From: an uncultured Pseudomonadota bacterium
Lineage (GTDB): Bacteria > Myxococcota_A > Polyangia > Fen-1088
Assembly: GCA_963729535.1 (NCBI GenBank)
Contig: CAVSOL010000025.1
Coordinates: forward strand, 1,646-65,645
Direction: 5' to 3'
Length of the DNA: 64,000 nt
Shown here: in pieces, positions 56,141 to 64,000 of the stretch
How the letters are laid out: every line of letters begins with the position of its first letter
Numbering within the stretch: position 1 is the first letter of the stretch
Translations under genes and position numbers: made by a program
The notes under the pieces: generated by a model
The model's database searches: none
Seen by the model: the letters and a program-made list of their open reading frames with translations, nothing else
Told to the model about the DNA's origin: nothing

Positions 56141-56165
56141 CGCGGGATATCGGGTTCGAACCGAC
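56141..56165 (-). other. tRNA-like 3' fragment (T-arm plus 3' acceptor strand), no complete tRNA
   Basis: Minus strand reads GTCGG-TTCGAAC-CCGAT-ATCCCGC-G. No matching 5' acceptor, D or anticodon arm could be folded upstream. Confidence 0.3.
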
Positions 56166-56401
56166 GACATTCAGCTTGGGAAAACGAAAACAGCCGTTTC
56201 GGGCCGTTACGGGCAGTGCCAAGTAGTTGAACCAAGGACCGAGGCGTAACCTGGACGTCCAGCCCGTTACGCCGGCAGGGTGGGACAAGTGGTGGGAAAA
56301 AGAGCCGTCGGATCGATGGAGTGATTGGTGAAAACGGCTGATTGTCCGTCGGTGACGAGGGCCGCGAGCGACACGGCCGCGGCGGGGGTACACTTCGAGC
56401 C

Positions 56402-56632
56402 ATGGGCAAGGCCGTGACCGTCAAGGGCAGGCTCTCCGATCCCCGGCACGTCGAGCTGGAGGAGCCCGTCACCGATCTGCTCGGAGCTGTCGAGGTCGTT
56501 CTGCGTTCCGCGATTGAACCCGCGAACGACTCACCTGCGAAGCGGGTCGAGCGAGCGCGTGCGCTCCAGGGGAGCGCACGAAGGCAGGAAACGGATAGCG
56601 TCGATCTTCTCCGAGAAGATCGGCAGCGATGA
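56402..56632 (+). CDS. Putative antitoxin of a type II TA pair
   Basis: 76-aa ORF whose stop overlaps the ATG of the PIN gene (ATGA). Confidence 0.6.
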   Translation: MGKAVTVKGRLSDPRHVELEEPVTDLLGAVEVVLRSAIEPANDSPAKRVERARALQGSARRQETDSVDLLREDRQR

Positions 56633-57048
56633 GCAAGCTGGTCGTCGACGCGAGCGTCGCGGCGAAATGGCTGGTGACGGAGCCGCTCTCGGACAAGGCG
56701 CTCGACGTTCTCGGCTCGTCGGACAATCTGTGTGCACCCGATCTGCTGCTTGCCGAGGTCGGCAACATCCTCTGGAAGAAGGCGAGGGCGGGCAATCTCG
56801 CTCCCGCAGCCGCCCAGGAGCGATTCCGAGCGCTGCTATCGATGGGCGTGACGTTGGTGCCCGCGTCGGGCCTTGGGGAACGGGCCGTTGCCTTGGCGCT
56901 CGAGCTCGGGCGAACGGTCTACGATTCGCTTTACCTCGCGCTCGCCGAGGCGGAGAGCTGCGACTTCGTCACGGCCGATGAGCGCCTGGTCAACGCGGTT
57001 GCTCACACCCCGATCGCCGCACGCGCCAAGTGGTTGGGCGCGCGCTGA
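56629..57048 (+). CDS. vapC: PIN-domain toxin (VapC family)
   Basis: MSKLVVDASVAAKW (Asp 7), YDSLYLALAEAE, FVTADERL acidic motifs; 139 aa. Confidence 0.85.
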   Translation: MSKLVVDASVAAKWLVTEPLSDKALDVLGSSDNLCAPDLLLAEVGNILWKKARAGNLAPAAAQERFRALLSMGVTLVPASGLGERAVALALELGRTVYDSLYLALAEAESCDFVTADERLVNAVAHTPIAARAKWLGAR

Positions 57049-57769
57049 GCGCTCGGTAGCGCGCGACCACAAGTTCCTCGTCGAGGGCGACATCGCTACG
57101 TTCGGCGATCGGGTACTCTCCGTGGAAGCGATCACCCAGAAGCGCGTCGGCGCGATCACCGGGCGCGCGACGTTGTTCAGCGCACCGAGCTCCGGAAAGC
57201 GCGACAGGTTCGATGGTCCACGATCGCGCACGTCGCGCTTGCGATCCGGCGCTTCTCAACGATCGTCTCCACGCTAACACGCGCGCGTGATGAGTCTCGG
57301 CGCCGCAATCGAAGCAGAAGACTGACCGGCCGCGCCGCCTGATGTCGTGAAGCGTGGCGATGCACAGAATGGGACTCCTTTGGGCGTTCACGATCTCGCA
57401 GCAATGCGGGCGGAGCCAAAAGGGCGCATTGGAGCGCCGATGGTTGAAATTCGGACATGGTGGCATCTGAGGTCTTTCTCGGCTGATGCGAGTCGGGCGA
57501 ATGCCTGACGCCTTCGCCCTGTAAAACCGCTGACCCGTACAGCGGCAACGTTCAGGACGGCCGCCTGTCGGCTGACTGCTCTAGACGATACATGACAGCT
57601 AGTGGAACGTCCGATAAGACGTCTCCGTCAAATTGAGCGAGGTCGTACGTCATTGTGATTGAACTGCGACGCCGCTCCAGTTGTGCGCCCAGGCAAGTGC
57701 GCGCGTTTGTTCAAGTCAATGCCGTGGCCCGAAAGGTGCTTTGGAAGACTGACTGACGGGGAGGGCTTC

Positions 57770-58111
57770 ATGGAATCGAGTGAAGGCGAAGTACAAAGTT
57801 GCGGAAATGCGCTAGAGGCGCCACGACCGGCTGCCCAGGGACGTGTTCTAGATTCCGTTCCAGATGCCAGGCGTTCGTGGTTCCGTGCCACGGTTGCAGC
57901 AATCCAACGCGAGATCTCGCGGCTCGAACGTAAGGTCTCACTGCTGGCCGCCGCGGGCTCGCACGACAACGGTGTGAGCCCGGCGGACGTCCACGCTGAG
58001 AGGCCACTGGTGGACGAAGCTGACACCTCCACCTCTTCTACAGGAACAGGTCGGGCAGCAGCGGCGCGTCGGAGACGACGGCGTAGCGCGCGTCCCGAGC
58101 GACGTCTGTGA
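57770..58111 (+). CDS. Small hypothetical protein
   Basis: GGGGAGGG 5 nt upstream of ATG 57770; coiled-coil-like ATVAAIQREISRLERKVSLL. Confidence 0.4.
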   Translation: MESSEGEVQSCGNALEAPRPAAQGRVLDSVPDARRSWFRATVAAIQREISRLERKVSLLAAAGSHDNGVSPADVHAERPLVDEADTSTSSTGTGRAAAARRRRRRSARPERRL

Positions 58112-58113
58112 CG

Positions 58114-58372
58114 CTAGGACGAGCTCTTCGTCGCGAGCGTGATCCAAGAGACGACGCTGCCGGTGTCGAGCGGCTTGTCCATGGTGTCGCTCCCCGCGAG
58201 CTCCTCCGACAAATGCGCGCGGAGCTCGTCGGCATAGCCGGAGATGAACAGGAGGCGAATGGCCGGATCGCGGGCGCGCAGCGTCGGGCCGCAGCGGGCC
58301 GACCGACTCCTCGACGAGCACAGCCGGCAGCGCGAGGTCTTGGGCGGCCTTCACCGTGAGGCGTGCGCTCAT
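58114..58372 (-). pseudogene. Fragment of a response-regulator receiver domain (C-terminal half, one frame break)
   Basis: ...RDPAIRLLFISGYADELRAHLSEELAGSDTMDKPLDTGSVVSWI matches the beta4-alpha5 part of REC. Only 18 nt separate its ATG from the divergent USP start. Confidence 0.45.
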
Positions 58373-58390
58373 CCGGAGTTTCCGACGACC

Positions 58391-59775
58391 ATGAAGATCC
58401 TCTGTCCCACCGATTTCAGCATGCCCGCCCGGGCCGCGGCCCAGCTCGCGGTCGCGCTTGCCCGGCCGACCATCGGGTCCGTCGAGCTTCTCCATGTCGT
58501 CCCGCCGCGGACGACCGACATCGGCGCCGTGGCGACCGGCGCTTCCGTGCGCGAGGACAAGGTTTCGCAGCGACGCACGGGCGCGGCTGGCAGCCGAATG
58601 CCGCGAGCTGGCGACCGATGGCGTGGAGGTTACGTCTTGGCTCGACGAAGGGGAGGTCGAGTCCTCGATCCTGTCCCGGGCGAAGGCCATCGGCGCAGAG
58701 CTGATCGTGATGGGAGCGCACAGCCGACCCATGCTCGAGCGCTTCGTCCTCGGCAGCGCCGCCGAGCGAACCGTGCGCCGCGCCGATCGGCCGGTGCTCA
58801 TCGTGCCACCCGGCGCGGCACTGCCCGACAGGCGAGCAAACGGGGAGGGGCAGCTCCGTCTCGTGGTGGCGCTCGACGGCCGGCCCGCAAGCCGCGGCGC
58901 GCTCGACTTCGTGAGATCGCTGCGAAACCAGATCGCGTGCGACGTGACCTTCCTGAGGCTCTACTGGCCGACGGAGGAGTACGTGCGCCTCGGACTCACC
59001 GGCATGCGAGATCTCTCCAAGCCCGATCCTGAGGTCACGGCGGATCTGATGCGGACCTTGGCTCTGGAGGTAGGCGTGTTGCCCGGGTCCGGTCAGATGT
59101 CATTCGCCATCGAGGCCACCTGGGGTGATCCGGCGAGCGCCATCCTCGACTTCGCCCGCGGCCGGGAGTGCAATCTCGTCGTGATGGGCGCGGAGAGCCG
59201 CCGGGGTCTGGCGCGCATCGCTCACGTGCCCGTCGCGAGCCGCGTCGCCCGACACGCGTCGGGTGTTCCGGTGGTGTTCGTACCGCCGCCGGCTACCACC
59301 CGGGGCCCGGCTGACGTGCCCACGATCTTCACGGTCCTTGCACCAACGGATCTTCTCCGCGGTCGGGAACCGGGCCGTTCCCTTCGCGTACTCGCTGCTC
59401 GCGCAACATGGGGGCGTCGTCGAGCTTTGCTACGTCCACGAGCGCGCGCTTCCGTCCCCGCCATACGCCTACGACCGACCCGAGGGCAAGCTCAGTGACG
59501 CGGACCAAGCACGCGTGGTCGCCGAGCTCCACACCCTCGTGCCAATCGAGGCCGAGCGGTTGGGAATCACGACTCACGTCTCGGTGATCGACGGAGGAAA
59601 GGCGGCGCAGGCGATCCTGCAGGCGGCCGAACGTCTGCTGGCCGACTCGATCGTGCTCGGATCGCACGGCAAGGGTGGGGCGTACCGCGCGCTTCTGGGC
59701 TCGGTTTCCGAGGAGGTCGTGCGCCCGTCGCACCGTCCCGTCCTCGTCGTTCCAAGCTCGAAGGAGGCGTCATGA
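58391..59775 (+). pseudogene. Triple universal-stress-protein (UspA) domain protein read across three frames (two +1 breaks)
   Basis: Three units each starting (I)LCPTDFS / LVVALDG / VLAPTD(F)S and ending ELIVMGAHSR...RPVLIVP, NLVVMGAESRRG...VPVVFVP, SIVLGSHGKGG...RPVLVVP. Breaks lie near 58560 and 59352. Confidence 0.8.
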
Positions 59776-60844
59776 CTGTCACGATGAACGCGGCCGTGTT
59801 TCAGGGGAAAGGGAAGATCGGGCTCCGTGAGGTGCCGAGACCGGAGCCGGGCGTGGGCCAGGCGCTCGTCAAGGTGACGCTGACGACCATTTGCGGGACG
59901 GACGTCCACATCCTCAAGGGCGAGTACCCGGTCCGAGACGGCCTGATCGTCGGCCACGAGCCGGTCGGCGTGATCGAAGCGCTGGGACCGGGCGTCACCG
60001 GGATACGCCGTCGGCGATCGCGTGATCGTCGGCGCGATCACGCCCTGCGGCCAGTGCCGCGCCTGTCTGTCGGGTGACGCGTCCCAATGCGGCCACGGCG
60101 GCGACGGCTACGAGGCGATCGGCGGCTGGCGCTTCGGCAACACGATCGACGGCTGCCAGGCCGAATACGTCCTCGTCCCGACGCTCAGGCGAACCTGGCG
60201 AAGATCCCGGACGGGCTCGCGGACGAGGAGGTCCTGCTCTGCCCGGACATCATGTCGACGGGGTTTTCGGCCGCGGAGCGCGGGCACGTCCGGCTCGGCG
60301 ACGCCGTCGCGGTGTTCGCGCAGGGGCCGATCGGGCTGTGCGCGACCGCGGGCGCGCGCCTCGCCGGCGCGTCGCTGGTGATCGGCAGTCGACAGCGTGC
60401 CCAAGCGGCTCGAGTTCGCGCGGCGCATGGGCGCCGACGTCGTCCTCAACTTCAAGGAGCAGGACGTCGTCGCGGAGATCAAGCGGCTGACCGGCGGCGG
60501 CGCCGACGTCGCCATCGAGGCGCTGGGCACGCGGGCCGACGTTCGAGAACTGCCTGCGCAGCGTCCGCCCCGGCGGAACGGTGTCGAGCCTCGGCGTCTA
60601 CTCCGGCCACCTGACCGTGCCGCTCGACGCGTACGCCGCCGGCCTCGGCGACCACACGATCGTGACCTCGCTCTGCCCGGGCGGAAAGGAGCGCATGCGG
60701 CGGCTCATGAGCATCGTCGCGGCGAAGCGGTTCCCGTTCCGCGATCTCGTCACGCACTCGTTCCGGCTCGCCGACATCGAGGCGGCGTACGACCTGTTCG
60801 CGCACCAGCGCGACGGCGTCATGAAGGTCGCCATCAGGCCCTGA
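59772..60844 (+). pseudogene. Zn-dependent alcohol dehydrogenase (MDR family) with four frame breaks
   Basis: ICGTDVHILKGEYP, GHEPVGVIEALG, CGQCRACLSGDASQC, AVFAQGPIGL (GxGxxG), VMKVAIRP*. These are spread over frames 0,1,0,1,2, with breaks near 60002, 60180, 60390 and 60545. ATGA overlap with the USP gene. Confidence 0.8.
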
Positions 60845-60849
60845 CCGCC

Positions 60850-62061
60850 ATGCGCTGCCGGCGTCGCACATATTTCTGGCTCGCCGCGAGCCTACGCGAG
60901 AGTCTGCTCTCCACCGGGCTGATGGTCGTCGCCGTCGCGGTCGGGGTAGGGTTCGCAGGTCCCGAGCACCGCGAACCTGGAAGGCTATCGGGCCGAGCTG
61001 CTCGATCGCAGTACGCTCGACGGCGGCTCCGGCGACGTGCGCGTCCGCCCGAGCAGAGCGCGGGGTCATTCGTCAGGGACGCCGACGCGATGGCGAGTGC
61101 GGATTGGCGCGATCCGCGCCGGCGTGCGCGCAGGTCGCTCCCGTGCTCGGCGGCGCCGGCCAGCGTGCGCGCGCACGGAAAGGCCGTGAGCCTGTTGCTG
61201 GTCCTGGGCGACGAGCCGGGCGCCGCCCTTCACCCCTACAGCGTGGCCTCACGGCGCGGCCTGACTAACGCGCCAGGGACGAAGGCATATTGCTGGGCGT
61301 CTCGGTGGCAGGGCGCCTCGGGCGTTGCGGTCGGCGACGAGGTCGAAGTCACCGTGCTGCTGTCGACCTACCCGCGTCTGGTTCTCGACGATGCCGGCTA
61401 CGAGACCTACAAGCTGCACCGTGCGCGGTCTCGTCGGCTTCGGGGGCTCGGACTACGGCCTACGTCACGCGCTCCTTCCTGGCCCGCGAGCTGGGCGACG
61501 AGACGATCTGCGTCGGCGCTCATCCTTCACGCTGCGTGACCACGAGATCGCGCCGGCGACGTCGCGGCTGCGGTCGAACCGCAGCCGAGCGCGGCGTGCG
61601 CGCACGCGCTTGGATGGACGGACAGCCCCTACCTGCGCAGCTCGGTGAAGGCGGCGCGAGACGCTCGCGGGCGCGTCCTCGTCCATGGGCGTGCTTGCGG
61701 TCGGCATCCCCGTCCTCGCGCTGCTCTACATCAGCACGCTCCACAGGCGCCGCCAGATCGGTCTTCTGACAGCGATGGGGTGGACGCGCGCCGATCTCTT
61801 CGTCACCTTCCTGCTGCAGGCCTTCCTTCTGGGGGCCGCCGGCGTCCTGGTCGGCGGCGTCATCGCGGTCTCGGTGGTCCAGTACCTGGTCGCTCACCCG
61901 ATCTTCAACTGGCAGGGCTTCGTGGTGCGCCCGGTGCTCGCGGCGACGGACCTCGCCCGGACGGCCGGAGCGATTCTCGTGACCGCCGTCGTGGCCGGCA
62001 CCTACCCGGCCTGGCGGCGTCGCGGCTCGACCCGTCGCGCATCCTGCGGGGCATCGAATGA
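60850..62061 (+). pseudogene. FtsX/MacB-LolC-type ABC transporter permease, multiple frame breaks
   Basis: N-terminal TM LLSTGLMVVAVAVGVGF. C-terminal FtsX domain (RRRQIGLLTAMGWTRADLFVTFLLQAFLLGAAGVLVGGVIAV...VVAGTYPAW) and, in another frame, [11 protein letters not shown]. Confidence 0.7.
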
Positions 62062-62763
62062 CCGCGACACCGGCCTTGGTCGCCGAGAGCCTGGTGCGAC
62101 GCTATGGCGACCGCACGGTCGTCGACCGCGTGTCGCTGTCGATCGCCGCGGGCGAGAGCGTGAGCCTGATGGGCGCGAGCGGCTGCGGCAAGACGACGCT
62201 TCTCCACATGCTCGGCACGCTGGACCGACCCGACGAGGGGCAGGTCTTGATCGAGGGGCGCGGATCCCGCGCAACTCTCGGACGCGGCCCGATCAGATCT
62301 TCGGCGCACCCGCCTCGGCTTCGTGTTCCAACAGAGCAACTTGCTGCCGGCGCTCACCGCTCGAGAGAACGTGGCGCTTCCCGCTTGGCGCTCCACCGGC
62401 CGTCGCCGCGAGTCGCTGGAGCGTGCCGATGTGCTCCTGGCTCGCTTTGGGCTGACGGCACGGGCGAACGCGCGCGCGCACGTATTGTCGCTGGGTGAGG
62501 CGCAGCGCGTGGCCGTCGCCCGCGCTCTCATCAATCGACCGCGGCTGGTCCTCGCGGACGAGCCGACGGGGAGCCTCGACTCCGAGGCGACCAGCGCCGT
62601 GCTCGATGCGCTCGGCGAGGTGTGCACCAGCGGTGCGGCCCTCTTGGTCGTGACCCACGATCCCGCCGTCGCGGCGCGGTGCGGGCGGCAGCTCGTGATG
62701 CACGACGGCCGGCTGCAACTGGCCGGGAGCCCACCTCGACTAGGCGTCGTAGGCAGCGCCTAA
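62058..62763 (+). pseudogene. ABC transporter ATP-binding protein (MacB/LolD-type), one frame break near 62260
   Basis: Walker [12 protein letters not shown]. In the next frame: [20 protein letters not shown], signature [15 protein letters not shown], Walker B LVLADEPTGSLD. ATGA overlap with the permease. Confidence 0.8.
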
Positions 62764-62936
62764 GGACCGTTCGGCTTCAACCGCTACTTCTACATGTGGA
62801 TAGGCCTCGAGGTACACAGCCCCGTGCGCAATGCGTCCGGATCGCGTTAGCCATCGCCGGAAGCTGGGGGCACCTTTGCGGATTCGAGCACGCTTCACCA
62901 GCTTCGACCGGCGGGCCTGAACGAGAGGACGACAAT

Positions 62937-63069
62937 ATGGGAAGAAGACACTTCGTGGTTCGTAGAAGGTCCTGTCTGCGGCATGACGGTGCCCGCCAGC
63001 CCGGCCCGCAACGCCCCTCACGCAGGGCACGCTAACTTCATTTGCGCATGCCAACCCCGATTCGGATGA
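62937..63069 (+). pseudogene. Small YHS/TRASH-like metal-binding protein upstream of the P-type ATPase (frame break after the ATG)
   Basis: GAGAGGA RBS then ATG 62937. The adjacent frame reads EGPVCGMTVPA...FICACQPRFG*, resembling the DPVCGM.V...FCS..C..F YHS motif. Confidence 0.35.
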
Positions 63070-63115
63070 TGCCATTCCAAATTCGGCGCCGCCGGCACCA
63101 ACCCGGTCCAGCGAC

Positions 63116-64000
63116 GTGAGCGAGCTCCCAAAGACTGGATTCCCATTGCCCGTACAGACGCTACCCATCACCAACGTCCTCCAAATTGAAGGGTTCGCCG
63201 GACTCAGGGAGGTGGATGCGCGCACTCGCTTAGAGCAGGAGGGACCGAACGAGCTCCCCGCGCAGCACAAGCGCAAGCTGCTGACCATCGTCTTCGAGGT
63301 GGTGCGCGAGCCGATGTTCCTCATGCTCGTCGCGGCAGCCGTCGTGTACCTCCTTCTCGGGGAGCCGGCCGATGCGCTGATGCTGCTCGGCTTCGTATTC
63401 GTGGTCATGGCGATCACCATCGTCCAAGCGCGACGCACGGAGCACGCGCTCGAGGCACTGCGCGATCTCTCGAGCCCGCGCGCCCTGGTGATCCGCGACG
63501 GCGTACGCCGGCGCATCGCGGGGCGTGAGGTCGTGCGCGGCGACCTCGTTGTCCTGGCCGAAGGTGATCGGGTCCCGGCCGACGGTCTGCTCCGGCAAGC
63601 GCTGCACCTTGCCACTGACGAGTCGCTGCTGACGGGTGAGTCGGTGCCCGTTCGCAAGGTGCCTGTCCGCTGACGCTCGCGCCGCTCGAAGCGACCCGGC
63701 GGCGACGATTTGCCCTCCGTGTTCTCAGGAACGCTTGGTCACCTCGGGCCAAGGCATCGTCGAGAGTGATAGCCACAGGCCCACGCACGGAGCTCGGCAA
63801 GATCGGCAAGGCGCTCGCAGCAGACGAAGGCAGAGCCGACGATGCTGCAGACCGAGACCCGGCGTATCGTGCGCCTTCTCGCGGTCACCGGACTAGCGGC
63901 TTGCTGCGTCGTGGTGGTGGCCTTTGCGCTCACCCGCGGTGGTAGTGCCGGCGTGTGGAAGCAAGGCTTCCTCGCCGGCATCGCGATGGCCATGGCGATT
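63116..64000 (+). pseudogene. Cation-transporting P-type ATPase, N-terminal part (continues beyond the window; frame breaks after 63650)
   Basis: Cation_ATPase_N-like LREVDARTRLEQEGPNELP, then TM1/TM2. Actuator motifs GDLVVLAEGDRVPADG and LLTGESVPVRK (TGES). Later segments VIATGPRTELGKIGKAL and LAVTGLAACCVVVVAF are in other frames. Confidence 0.75.

Noticed and set aside
56100-56240. A complete tRNA or tmRNA gene around the GGTTCGAACC motif
   Set aside because: Only the T-arm and 3' acceptor strand can be folded. No complementary 5' acceptor, D-arm or anticodon arm is present on either strand.
62740-63657. 305-aa minus-strand ORF opposite the YHS and P-type ATPase genes, plus 11272-12027 minus and 40114-41528 minus
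   Set aside because: These are Ser/Arg/Ala-rich shadow frames with no motifs. The plus-strand genes carry TGES, receiver and lipoprotein signatures respectively.

Overview
Very GC-rich bacterial chromosome segment that looks like Myxococcota. The evidence is two MYXO-CTERM sorting tags, many lipobox lipoproteins with Gly-rich or Asp/Ala/Pro-rich linkers, several ECF sigma factors and a receptor Ser/Thr kinase. No rRNA, intact tRNA or CRISPR array was seen. From left to right the window contains: an ECF sigma factor; a coupled pair of MYXO-CTERM surface proteins (LVIVD propeller, and PKD/propeller/di-haem peroxidase); a DUF1573 lipoprotein; a minus-strand operon of beta-barrel-like protein, ECF sigma, FecR/TPR anti-sigma and lipoprotein; a pseudo-receiver regulator; a trypsin-like protease; an 8-haem cytochrome c with TPR tail; a frame-broken Ig-sulfatase; and an operon of SBBP-propeller lipoprotein, CusB-like adaptor and CusA/CzcA-type RND pump. 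Next comes a 1513-aa secreted protein combining a type-3-copper (tyrosinase-like) domain, VWA, HYR/PKD-like modules and RTX repeats. After it lie a DUF1592/DUF1552 pair with three Gly-linker lipoprotein hydrolase/propeller genes, the receptor kinase, and three more lipoproteins. About 44.9-50.7 kb is visibly more AT-rich and decayed, with a tyrosine-integrase remnant, a DNA-ligase C-terminal fragment, a truncated sigma factor and a pair of 55-bp direct repeats. The right end holds a 1492-aa S8 protease with a malectin-like C-terminus, another ECF sigma, a tRNA-like 3' fragment, a PIN-toxin TA pair, and a stress/metal cluster (triple-USP, Zn-ADH, FtsX/ABC, YHS, P-type ATPase). That last cluster is riddled with single-base frame breaks. 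About 25 frame breaks in recognisable genes were traced by eye. Several sit in short G runs, so assembly indel error and genuine decay or phase variation cannot be separated from this sequence alone. All domain calls come from motif recognition by eye; no searches were run.
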